A stretch of 64,000 nucleotides of DNA. It comes from Azolla caroliniana (lineage: Eukaryota > Plantae > Polypodiophyta). The notes beneath the pieces are model-generated. The model saw only the letters and a program-made list of their open reading frames with translations. It did not search any database and was not told the DNA's origin. Both the position numbers and the translations under genes were made by a program. Of this stretch, positions 23,173-34,270 are shown one piece after another. The stretch lies in contig JBHGNT010000012.1 in the NCBI GenBank assembly GCA_043228905.1, positions 16,306,001 through 16,370,000 of the forward strand, given 5' to 3'. Position 1 is the stretch's first letter. Every line of letters starts with the position of its first letter.

Positions 23173-23614
23173 TGTCGCGTTGTTACGCGCATACGTGTAA
23201 AAAGGGAAGGACTAGGGAAGAGGGGAAGCCGTGAAGACGATTCTTGACGGGTTCTAGAAGCCACCGAACGGGAGAGAGAAAGAGAGAGAACGCGCGCTTG
23301 ACTCCGACTCACACCCACACACACACACACACACCGCGCCGAACCAACTCACACCCTTATGTACAGAAACGCAGGGAAGGGAACACCAAAACACCCATAC
23401 AAACAGAGACACGAGTATGCACAGATGGATACTAGTATGTATATTACAAAGGGGAAGAATACAATCCCGACGTCGAGCCGGACCATGGTAGGGTAGGTTA
23501 CAACAGCAGTCTGCTGCCAAGCCGCCGTGCGGGGAGCTCTCGGGTTCGTCACGCGGAGCGGGGTCTTGCAGAGGAGACCTAGCAGAGACAACCCTCAACG
23601 GTCGACCTCCCCGC

Positions 23615-23645
<31 letters not shown>

Positions 23646-23928
23646 AAAACTAACTCTAAACCTAACGGTATACCCTCTAACACAAAACGAGCAACCGTTT
23701 CACAAAGGGCGCTCCCTTCCTTTTATAGAACAAGGAGAGGGATGCGTTACAATGTGGGATAAATCCCGACTTACATGGGATCGTCTATCCCGAATGGACT
23801 ACTCTTCGGCGCCATAAAGGCGCCCTTGTTATTCACACTAAATGTACAAGGGTGAGCACACATGCTGCACCCTGCCGATGTAGCCAATGTTTCTCGGTTT
23901 CCGCCTCTGGCCGAAATTCTTAACGACA
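23173..23928 (-). repeat. 5' LTR of H (756 bp) containing (CA)n and (AAG)n microsatellites
   Basis: TGTCG...CGACA ends, adjacent PBS, CTATAAAA on the minus strand near 23721-23728; partner LTR not in the window. Confidence 0.8.
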
Positions 23929-25480
23929 ACGGAACGGGAGCCTTTGGCCATGGTCTACAACGTAAAGAAATTCCGCCACTACCTGTTGGCATCCCGGTTC
24001 TCGTTTTTTGTATACCATTAGGCCCTACTCTACTTAGTAAACAAAACTCACGCCATTGGACACGTCTCACGATGGATCATAACGTTACTCGAGTTCGACT
24101 CCAAGGTAGTAGTGAGAAAAGGGAAAGACCATGTACTCGCCGATCATTTCTTCCAGATTCCCAATGGAGAAGAAGCCAGTGGGGTCGATGATGAACACCA
24201 GATGCAACATTATTCGTGATCGATACCGTACCAGCATGGGCATCAAACATAGTTCGTGTCCTAACCAAAGGAGCATCCTTCCTAAAATAACTACCACGAA
24301 CACACACGCGTGCCTTTGTAAAGAAATGTGGCCCCTTCACGATGCTCCGAGGCAATCTGTACCGTCGGGGTAACGACGATCTACTTCGGAGGTGTATAAC
24401 AGACTATGACGTCGTCACCACCCTCGAACAAGCTCATTGCGGGAGCGGAAGTGGTCATTTCAATTACGAGACCACTGCGCGCAAGATCCTCCAGTCCGGC
24501 CTATGGTGGCCAACACTCTTCAAAGATGCATACGCGTACGTACGTCATTGTGACAAGTGCCAACGTTTCAAACACCCGCTAAAAGAGGATTTTAATATGT
24601 TAAACTCGGTGGTGGCATGGCAACCATTCGAGAAATGGGGTATTGACTTTATCGGCCCAATCAGCCCAGCTTCCAACCTCAACCGATACATAATAACCGC
24701 CACCGACTACGCCACCAAGTGGGTTGAAGCTAAAGCTTGTGTTAACGCCGACGCACGTAGTACTGCCAAATTCCTATATGAAAATGTCATCGTACGGTTT
24801 GGATGTCCGCTCGAAATCATTAGTGACCAAGGCTCACATTTCTTGAACGAGGTGATAGCACATTTATTAGGCGAGTTTATGGTGACACACCGCAAAAGTT
24901 CTCCTTATTACCCTCGATGCAACGGATAAGAGGAAAGCACAAATAAGGTGCTATGTACAGTACTCACAAAGATAGTCGTTGCCTCACGATTTGATTGGAG
25001 CACCAACTCCAAGCAGCATTATGGGCTTTCCGTACTTCCTACAAAATCGCAACTCGCCACACACCATTCAAACTAGTGTACGGGCAAGAAGCAGTATTAC
25101 CCATCGAGTTCCTTGTCCCCAGCCTCAGGATCGTCATACAAGCACGATGGGAAGGGGACCCTCTCCCGTCACGCCTAGAGAACCTAGAACGACTGACAGA
25201 AACTCGCCTTCTCGCATTCCAGGCACTCTTGGCAAAGAAAGCCAATAGAAAGGTGTGGCACGACAATAAAGTCAAGAACAAAGACTCGCGGAAGGCGACA
25301 TGGCCCTCAAATTCTCCTCTCAACGACACAAGAAGAAGCTGAAGTTACGGGGTGAAGGCTCGTATGTGGTTTCGGAGATTACCAAGACAGGAGCATGTCG
25401 CCTACGCATGATTGAAGGTTTTGACATCCCCGGGTTCATTAATGGGAGCAAGCTCAAACGTTACTATGGACCCCTCACAC
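23929..25480 (+). pseudogene. pol: J RNase H C-terminus and integrase
   Basis: ORFs 24342-24929, 24995-25342 and 25300 onward; HHCC, WGID, ISDQG, ending INGSKLKRY. Confidence 0.9.
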
Positions 25481-25639
25481 TCGAGGCTCTACTCACGGCT
25501 CGGCAACGAGAGGTAGAGGCCAAACTTAAAGCCTTCGAAGGCCGAATGGCCCGGCTCGAAACCGACCTGCGCAATACGCAAGCGAAATTGAAGCGACAAG
25601 GACACGCCCATCCGACAGCCATGGCTCGGGCGGCCAACT

Positions 25640-25985
25640 CTAATGATGGAACAATACAACTACGATGTTGTGTCGACGACATGCCTTTGACGGCAGTAAT
25701 CGACACAAGAGCATCGCTAACCCTTTTCTCCTTCGAAACATGGAGACGTCTAGGTTGCCCAGACCTCGAAGTGTGCAACGACAACTTCCGTGGCTTCGAT
25801 GGGTCCACGTCATGTTGCATGGGAACTTTCGATGTAACATCAAGACAAAATACAACGCGCACTTAATCCAAGTTTGGGTACTCCCACCCGGAGTGATGCA
25901 CACACAATGCCTCCTCGGTTTAGATTGGTGTCGCATAAGGGAATGTCTCCTATCACCCAACAAACAAATCGTTTCTTTTCAAACA
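25640..25985 (+). pseudogene. Retropepsin-like aspartic protease domain downstream of the integrase
   Basis: AVIDTRAS at 25693-25716 (DTGA with GGA>AGA), flap-like FRGFDGS, and LLGLDW at 25911-25928 after one frameshift. Confidence 0.7.
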
Positions 25986-26114
25986 GGAGGTGGACTAAAG
26001 TCCGAGGACCTCGTCACAACAACACTCGAATCACATGTCGTTGTCCTTGTTGATCCCCAAAGTGTGGAGCTAACCAAACAAGCAACACACCAACACCCAC
26101 AGGCCGCCCATGGC

Positions 26115-26590
26115 CAACGCGACACTAACAATAGAACACAGACACCCAAACCACGAGAATAGGTGAACGTCCACGTAGTTTTCGCTGAAGGCCCACGTTG
26201 CGGAGAACGTGCAGTGTGGTGAGTCAGAAAAATACTCACAACCGCACAAGGTTGGCATAATGGTGCCACTAGTTTCTGGGTTCCGAAACGAAACCGACTC
26301 CTCGCTCGCGATCGAAACACCCCTGCATGGGACATCAATGAACCCGAAGACGCGGAGTTGCTCAATTGCCACTGGCCACCCAAGACCAGCGCGACGTTAA
26401 CGTCAGAACACAGACACCCAAACCACGAGAATGGGTGAATGTTCACGTTGTTTTTGCGGACGGACAACGTTGTGGAGAATCCGCCATTTGGCGTGTCAAA
26501 AAGACACTTACAATCGCACAAGGTTGGCACAAAGGCGCCACTAGCTTCTGGGTCCCGAAACGAAGCCAGCTCCCCAATCGCGATCATACC
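26115..26590 (+). repeat. Diverged tandem duplication, period about 272 bp, encoding a repeated Trp-rich peptide
   Basis: AGAACACAGACACCCAAACCACGAGAAT at 26133 and 26405; RTQTPKPRE.VNVHVVFA.G.RCGE...AQGWH.GATSFWVPKR occurs twice. Confidence 0.85.
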
Positions 26591-26969
26591 ATGCCTGCAG
26601 GGGACACCCGAAAAGCACACACATCAGTCCGATATCCTGCCTAGGCTAAATCCACAGGAATCGGCAAACCTAAACAACTAAGAGATCGAACACCCCGTAG
26701 GAAGGTTTCACAAATCCTCCCCATCCCCTTAACAAACATGCCGCAGGTTTGGATCCTTAAAAGTCACGGACCCGGAACCTCACACGATACCCGAGTGACA
26801 CTCCCTCCACAGTCGCATCCTCAAGGTTCCTCAAAAGCCCTTAATTTACCCAATCCCCTACCATGTTCCCCGTAGACCTCCGTCACCATCGGTATCCGAA
26901 TCTTCTCCATCGATTCCTCCTTACCCTTCCGAGCTCGCATCCCTGTCGGTTGTCCCTCGTTGCCGTGGT

Positions 26970-27290
26970 TTATGTTTTATTAATTGTATTAGTTTTTATT
27001 TTATTTTTTAATTATTTTTTATTTTATTTTATTATTATTATTATTATTTATTTATTTATTATTTTTTATGATCTTTACCATTATTTTATTGATTTAATTT
27101 ATTTGTAATGACTATTATTGTCAGTTTTATTTGTATTTATTTATTTATTTATTTTATGATTTTTATTATTTTTTCTATACCGATTATTGTTATCTTTATT
27201 TTATTTTATTTTATTTATTTATTATTTTATTTATTTTGTTTTGTTTTTTGAGTGGTTTTCTTTTTTCGTTTTCCTTCTTCTTCTTCTTTG
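26970..27290 (+). repeat. AT-rich (TTA/TTTA)n low-complexity tract in the J 3' spacer
   Basis: Visible base composition. Confidence 0.85.
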
Positions 27291-27864
27291 CTCTACCTCC
27301 CCTCCCTCCTTTTTTAGCTCTCCTCTTTCTGCTTGTCCCCTTCCTTCTCACTAGATGCTCTGCAACACTCTTCCCCCCCTCCCCGCTCACACTATTCCTC
27401 CCTTCCCCCCACCAATCTCTCCCACCCTCAGCGTCCCCGCCCCTACTCCACTGGTTGCCTGCCCCGGTCGCCGCCTCGTCTCCTCCACACCCTGCTTTCC
27501 CACGCCTCGGGTAGGCCCTTCCCCCCCCCCCCCCCCCTCTCTTGTTTTGCCACACCACACTGCACTCCTCTCGTGTGTCGTACCTGCCCTTCATTCCTCT
27601 GCGGGGGCCATGGCCTCCGCCACGACGCTGTCCTCCTCCTCCTGTCACCGGCACACTACGGGCCTCCCAGCCACGACGTTTAAGCTTCCCCCGTGGCAGC
27701 CATAGCCGCTGCCCCGTCGCCGCCACCCCTCCTCGTGGCGCTGCCCTTTCACGCTGCCCCATCGTCCCGGCGTTTTTTCGTTCCCCCCGAGGTGGCCGCG
27801 ACAACCGCCTCGTTGTTTCACCCTCCCCACGTCGTTGGCCGTTTATAGACCACTCCGCCTCGTG

Positions 27865-28194
27865 GTTCGAGGGGCCCAACCCCTTGAACTACCCGTTGTT
27901 CGAGGGGTCCAACCCCTCGAATCACACAGTGTTCGAGGGGCCCAACCCCTCGAATCACACAGTGTTCGAGGGGCCCAACCCCTCGAATCACACAATGTTC
28001 GAGGGGCCCAACCCCTCGAACTACTCGTTGTTCGAGGGGTCCAACCCCTCGAATCACACAGTGTTCGAGGGGCCCAACCCCTCAAACTATCCATTGCTCG
28101 AGGGGTTCAACCCCTTGAATCACACAATGTTCGAGGGGCCCAACCCCTCGAACTACACAGTGTTCGAGGGGCCCAACCTCTCGAACTACCCATT
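27865..28194 (+). repeat. Tandem array of ten 33-bp units, each a hairpin
   Basis: Unit GTTCGAGGGGCCCAACCCCTCGAA plus 9 nt; TTCGAGGGG and CCCCTCGAA are inverted arms; degenerate units continue to about 28260. Confidence 0.95.
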
Positions 28195-28284
28195 GTTCGA
28201 GGAGTCCACACCCAGCCCAAGTCTTCGAACCACACATCATTCGAGGAGTCCAACTCCTAGACCACGTAACCCTTAGTTGTTACG

Positions 28285-28531
28285 TTACTACGAAGTGAGG
28301 ACCCCACGTCCTGCTCTCTGTAAAAAAAAAAGAAAAAAAAAAAGAAAAAAAAAAGAAAAAAAGGGGGGAATCTATTGAAACTACCCGAACTTGTTGCTTC
28401 GTCACCACATTTAACTGAGTTACTCCGTAGTTAGGACTCCACGTCCCGCTCCCAAAAAAGAAAAAGAAAAAACAAAGCGGGGGAATCTATTGAAACCACC
28501 CGTACTTGCTGATTCATGACCACATTTAACT
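28285..28531 (+). repeat. Two diverged copies of a 115-135 bp unit with A-tracts
   Basis: GGAC.CCACGTCC, A-tract, GGGGGAATCTATTGAAAC and CACATTTAACT each occur twice. Confidence 0.8.
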
Positions 28532-28563
28532 ATACTAATATTTTTCCTCGCAGGTTGAAAACG

Positions 28564-31500
28564 ATGATGCCTCCCCAATTCATCAAACTCCTCCACGCAT
28601 ACTACCCTGATGCAGGGTGCGGTTCCTTAGTCATTCCTACGGTGTTCAACAATACCCGATGTACTTACCGAGTTCCCACGGCCGCCACGCAACTCAAGTA
28701 CCTCGAACCCGATGTGTTCGCCACTCTCTCACGACTTGGCCTCAAGTTCTTCCTTGGGATCGGGCCGTGGGGCGTCCTACCCGAACTAGTCAACCGTTTC
28801 CTCATCGGGTACAACCCCGATACGAGCCACGTCGATATGCAACCTTTCGTAGACTCCCCCCTCGTCGCATTCCAGTTCACCGTGGCCGACGTTTGTGCTA
28901 CGCTGCATTTACTCCTCGAGGGCGCCCCCTTCCGCACCACGAGGACCTCTGGGGTTGTCCCCGGCATCATTCCTGTCGCCTACGCCGAATATTCTGGACG
29001 CGAAGGGTGGCGTTACACCGAAATCCCTCTCCATCTCCACGACCGTTGTAGCGCAATTGCTCAAATCGGCGACACCGCATCTACCGATGCCATCGCTCGT
29101 ATCATCGGTGAGTACCTCAAGTGGGCACATGATCCGCAACCGGTCCAGTGGGCTCAGGAGCTTGTCCGCCGGGTCCGAGAATGACACACATGGCCCAAAT
29201 CGACTGTCAATTTCGCGTGGTTCCTCACCCGCTACTTGTGCGCAAAGTTCAGCATCGAACTCCCCGCCCCTCCCTTCGTACACTGCCAAGAACGCTTCCG
29301 CAAGATCACTATCCCAGGCCAACTCGAATGCCTTCGCCTCCCCAAACGCGACTTTTTACGACAGGTACACCAAGGTGAACAGGCACGGCAACCGGCGCAC
29401 AAACAACCCCCGGTCACCCACGTGTCAGCGGAAGCTAACCTCGACACCCCTGAGGATATCACGAATCGTGTCAAGGAATTCCAGACACACGAGTTCACCC
29501 CCATCGAAATCCAGGCCTTGTCCACCACTTTCTAATATGTGTCACATCAGAACACAACCACGACTCTGCGTTCCCGCAGCTGCACCACTGAGTCAATCTT
29601 GTGCGACCAACGAAACCCGCCAGCCCCGCCTCCACCCACCTCGCCAACCCCTCCACCCCACGAATACTCTCCCCCCGCTTCGGCCACAACTACCCCACCT
29701 TTCCCGTCCACCACCATTGACGACACCCCGCAACCCCGACCCCATAAACTCGCCCGCCACGCCGCCTCCGACATTGAAACCCCTGACAGGCCCTCAACCG
29801 CAACCCCGACAGTTCCCCTCCAACCCACCCTCGCCCCCACCCAAATGGCAACCCCGCTACCGCCAATCCCCACTCCCGACCTCCGTGCCCTACTCGACCT
29901 TCCTCACTGCAGTTACTACTCACCCTACCGCCTCCCTCACCGATCCCCCCAAACCCTTAACCGACATGGTGGCCGACCTCCTCAAGATGACTACCATCGT
30001 GAACCGTCGCCTACTTCAAGTTCAGGCATAGGCCCAACAGACCGCCGCCGACCAACACGAGACCTCTACACAGAACGAGATCTTGGTCGCCGAGGTACGG
30101 AGCGCCCTCCATACCAACGCATGCCAAGTGGCCGCCCACGACCTCCTCAAGCAAGAACTCCTGACAACACAAACCCGACACCAACAACTCGCTGACGAAT
30201 TCCAACAAGCTTGGACAACCTGGCACCACGACCAGGAACGGGCAATGCAAACACATGCCGAACTTTCGGCCGAGTACGTCCGCCTCACCACCCAACACCA
30301 ATTGACTGAGGCCCGTCTCGCAGCCGTGACGGCTGATCTCTCCGAACGGTCGGAGGCCCTGGCCGCCGCCTTGGCCACCACTCACCAACTCACGAGCGAG
30401 ATCACCACCCTCGAGGCTGAACGAGACGCCATGGTCCACCAAGTTGAAGTCGCCAATGAATGCAATCGATGTCTCCTCATCAAACACCGCCGCCAATGCG
30501 CCGACCTCGAAAAGGACATCCTTCAACTCCGCACGTCCAAAGCCGCCCTTGAACACGCCCTCACCCCCGGCGTGACGGACCCCTCCACCGTTCAGACCTC
30601 TCTCCTTCCCCCAACTGGCTCTCCGAATATGATCCAGGCGCTCTCGGTGTACGTGACCTCGACCTCCCTGCTCTCCGAACTTTTCACTGCACCACGCACA
30701 CCACGCACCCTCCTCATCCAAGCAACGTGCGTCCTTCGGTCATTAGCCGCCACGTGTCGCGTATTCTTTCACGACACCACACCCCTAGACCGGCAGACGT
30801 TCATCCGAGTACTCCCCGAAGACAACCACGCCCTCGCCCTCTTCATGTTGTACCAGGAAGCCACTGAAGAACCTGCTCCCCCAACCGACGACTTCTTCCC
30901 CCAACACCTCCCCATTTTGTTCCTTGAAGGTATGGCCTACCTTCACACCGCCCTCACCCCCCACTTAGACATCTCCGACTTGATCTATTTCACCTACCCT
31001 TCTGATGTCACGATGCAAGTCACCGAAGACCAGTTGGCCCACCTCTTCACAACATTGGTGCGCTTACACCACATCGCCGACACCCTCACCCGCACCTTGT
31101 TGGAAAACACAACGACCTCCATACCCCCTTTCGGTTTCCTCTGGCTAATACGCGCTTGGCAAACCGCTTGGGACGTCGGGGTTCGTACTCACATATTCAA
31201 CATCGAATACGCCACGTTCAACTGGCCCAACGACCTCGAGACTGACGACATATCAGAATTAGCCCTATACCTCGACGTTTCCCGCGAGTATCAACTCATG
31301 ACGTTCGATGAGGCTCGTGCTTGTGCCCTCCTACCCCATTCTACCCCTTCTCCCCCCCAGAGATCGACCTGGAGTGGGACCACGACTCACCTGATGAACC
31401 CGACACCAGCCACCGCCTCCCCCTCGCCCTCCCTCCATGGGAGTTCGACTTCTGCGAGACCCCCCTACTCCTCACCCGCCTCTACAACTATTACCCCGAA

Positions 31501-31915
31501 GACGCCTCTAAACCCCCCCTTCTAATGGAACAACCACCCAGCGTGGGGCCTCACCTTCGACTTGAACAAAGGTCCAAATCGCCGCCAACTGGTTGGCCTT
31601 TGGACCCGCGTCAACATACTCCCCGCAACCTACAAATGGGATTTTGAAACCATGATCGACACACATTTTTTCCCCGCTTACATAAGCTTTAGTCGAAACC
31701 CCCCTTCTCCCTTCGTCGGCCACAACACTTGCACCTGGCTCACCAGCCCCAAGAACGATTTCTTCACAACAACTGACCAACTGCAGGAAATCTGGCTACC
31801 ACCACTGAACATCCGCCGTCTTCGCCATCATCTCCGTCGCCACCCGCCCCCCGACGAACCCCCCTACTCAATTCTACTCAGGAGTGTGCACTCATTAGGT
31901 TGGGGGGGATGTTAA
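28564..31915 (+). pseudogene. J extra sense ORF, about 1,100 codons when repaired: plant-mobile-domain-like N-terminus, Pro/Thr-rich linker, coiled coil, unknown C-terminus
   Basis: ORFs 28516, 29236 and 29539 share a frame and are split by single stops; frameshifts lead to ORFs 30083, 31321 and 31562; upstream acceptor TACTAAT...TTTTTCCTCGCAG at 28533-28553. Confidence 0.7.
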
Positions 31916-32476
31916 GTGTTGGGATAACAACACAACCAGTCACGAATAAGAACGCATCAACAAGGACGTAGTACGAAGAGGAAACGGCAAGAGGAAAGGG
32001 AAGCAAAGAGACGGCCAAATGTGAAAGGCCCATACCCTAAACGTGAAAGCTATATAAACCACATAATAGTGGCTTTGTGGGGGTTCTCCCATTTGTGAAG
32101 ATCTCCTATTGATTAGAGCTAGAGCTTCCTCTTCTCTTTCTTGTAACCTTTGAGCTTAAGAGAGATTAGTGAAGTGTTGAGTTAGAGAACACTAATCTCT
32201 CTCCTTGTTGGTGCTAGACCTCTTAGCAAAGAGGGTTAATAATAGACATACTCTTGCTTCTTATTGTCTATATCTATTGATCTATTGTCTATGAGAGAGA
32301 TCTTGAGAGAGTGAGAGAGATATCGTGCTTAATCATTTACTAATCGTTGAGTGAGTGTGAGGCTCAGGGTATCCGACAACCATCTCCGCCCGATTCGCCA
32401 TCAAGAGGGTATATGCCGGTCTGAATCCCACCATGACATCGAGGAGCTTACTCCATCGATACATAGATCCTTAACA
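31910..32476 (+). repeat. 3' LTR of J (567 bp)
   Basis: Terminal inverted repeat TGTTAAG...CTTAACA, PPT AGGTTGGGGGGGA upstream, CTATATAAA near 32050; K1 RT resumes at 32477. Confidence 0.85.
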
Positions 32477-32572
32477 GCACCACTCTTCAGATTATTCTAG
32501 ACGTTTGATCATTCCTTGGTTTTGTCGGGTTTTTACGAAAATCCCTTCGTAATTACTCCCAATTGACAACGT

Positions 32573-33186
32573 TGTCGCGAAGATTCGCGCATGCATGTGC
32601 TACTCGAGCGACCACCGGGGTCTTGGACTGGGGAGGATGTTCGCGGAATTATCGAAGAGATGACGATCAATGTAAGATTAGACGAAATTTGTTCACTTGA
32701 GTAGAAGAAAGCTTGTACACTTGAGAAGTAGAAAAATATAAAGAAGATAAAGACAAATATAATTATATTGATGACAATGGTGTTGGTGATATCACATATT
32801 GAGCCCCCCTTACACAAGCCCAACTGGAGGCTTTTATAGGTCTTTCCATGCTCGTGACATGCACAAAACCATGGGCTAAAACCATGGTTTTGTGCACACG
32901 GTTTTGCTTATGTCATGCACAAACCATGGGTTTAAAACCATGGTTTTGTGCACATGGTTTTCTATGGTTGTTTCGTCTATAATTTGTATATGAAAAGGAA
33001 ATACATAAAATCTACACTATATGATAGTTATCCTAGTGGTAAGGCAATTATCTTGTATCTTAGAGGTGCAAGGTTCAAACCTTGCTTGCACCCCTCTGTA
33101 TGAACTCAAGTGCTACTAGGCCTTAGGAGGCTTATTTGCTAAGTGTATGTGCAATGTTGCACATCCTTGGGAAAATCGTCACGACA
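32573..33186 (-). mobile_element. Phygy-like solo LTR (614 bp)
   Basis: TGTCG...CGACA ends; flanks ACGT/ACGC; host reads YSQLTTPFTNLLK once it is removed; A/B-box module at 33029-33082. Confidence 0.85.
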
Positions 33187-33839
33187 ACGCCGTTTACTAA
33201 TCTTCTAAAAGGTTAAACACGTAAGTCTACAAAACGTATTGTGTGGAATGCTACACTAGACCTTGCCTTTAAGGAACACAAGGACCTGGTGTGCAAGGCT
33301 CCTTCACTTCTTTTACCTGATCCTTCAAAACCTTTTAAGGTTGAAACCGATGCAAGCGATTATGCTATAGGTGTTGTCTTATATCAAGATCGTAAACCAA
33401 TAGCATTCGAGAGTAAGAAACTTGATTTTTCTCAATGTCGGCATACGGTTCAAGAAAAGGAATTATTTGCAGTTATACATGCACTCAAAACATGGCGCCA
33501 TTATCTTGATGGAAATCGTTTTGTGGTAACTACGGACCACGAGTCCTCAAAATATTTTTGTGACCAACGAGACCTGAAAGGTCGTAAGGCACGATGGGCA
33601 GATCTCATCAAGGACTTTGATTTTTCCATACGATATTGTAAAGGTTCCATGACCACTGTCGCTGATGCACTAAGTCGCATCCGTGAAGCTAACATGCTTA
33701 GCTTCATAGAAATAACATCAGATCTTTATGATCACCTTCGAGGAAAGTATCTTGATGATAGTTATTTTGTGAAATACTAGGCAAGAGTTGAGTCTAGAAC
33801 AGACACCACCACATCCTCGAAGGAATCCTTCCACATTGC

Positions 33840-34270
33840 TATCATGATATGGCAAGACTCGAACCCATGACCTTATGCTACATGGGTCGGGCACTTGACC
33901 ATTAGACCATACATTGTAATACATAGAATATTATTTTCATTTATGTTTTATTATAGAAAATATATGTATATTCTAGATTTCTTTGGAACATTCTAGAAAC
34001 TTCAGGAGTATTCCTGAGAACACTATAAAAGGAGGCACAAGGCATTATTTCGAACCAAATCGGTTCAACGCCAGTCTTAAGCCTCCTAGTTATTACTGTA
34101 CATTCTCTTCACATAATATATATCTTTTCTTATCATCACTCTCTCTCTCTCTCTCTCTCTCCCCCTCCCTCTCACTCACTCTTTCCTTCTCTCGAGAGTT
34201 CTTCACCTCTCTTAGTACTAATACTTCTTTTAGTACTAATTCCTTCTTTGTCTTAGTACTGTCCCTGATA
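33840..34270 (+). repeat. 5' LTR of E (termini decayed to TATCA...TGATA)
   Basis: Direct repeat of 45386-45830; TATAAAA at 34024; minus-strand A/B boxes at 33855-33909. Confidence 0.92.

Larger units (their letters stand above)
1..23928 (-). mobile_element. Element H: Phygy-like Gypsy derivative with gag-derived ORF and no pol in the visible part; own sequence 1-243 and 21380-23928, interrupted by A; 3' end lies upstream of the window
   Basis: 5' LTR 23173-23928 with TGTCG...CGACA ends, tRNA-Trp PBS at 23151-23168, capsid-like ORF; host J RNase H resumes at 23929 (ACGG). Confidence 0.8.
23929..32476 (+). mobile_element. Element J: 3' half of an Athila/OTA-like non-chromovirus Gypsy element with extra domains and an extra ORF
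   Basis: RNase H (EREPLAMVY.VKKFRHYL), Athila-type integrase (GHF...KILQSGLWWPTLFKDA, PFEKWGIDFIGP), PPT and 3' LTR. Confidence 0.85.

Noticed and set aside
23181-23200. Separate element starting TGTTACGCGC inside the H LTR
   Set aside because: No matching end or TSD; 23173-23928 is explained as a single LTR.
27865-28194. CRISPR array
   Set aside because: Linkers are only 9 nt and recur; no cas genes; the context is a eukaryotic retrotransposon.
27131-28276. Hydrophobic, Gly/Arg-rich and 11-aa-repeat ORFs as env or other genes
   Set aside because: They arise from AT-rich, C-rich and 33-bp repeat tracts and are open in several frames.
32360-32430. tRNA-like boxes in the J LTR (AGGCTCAGGGT...GGTCTGAATCC)
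   Set aside because: The B box lacks the invariant TTC and the spacing (58 nt) differs from the other modules.
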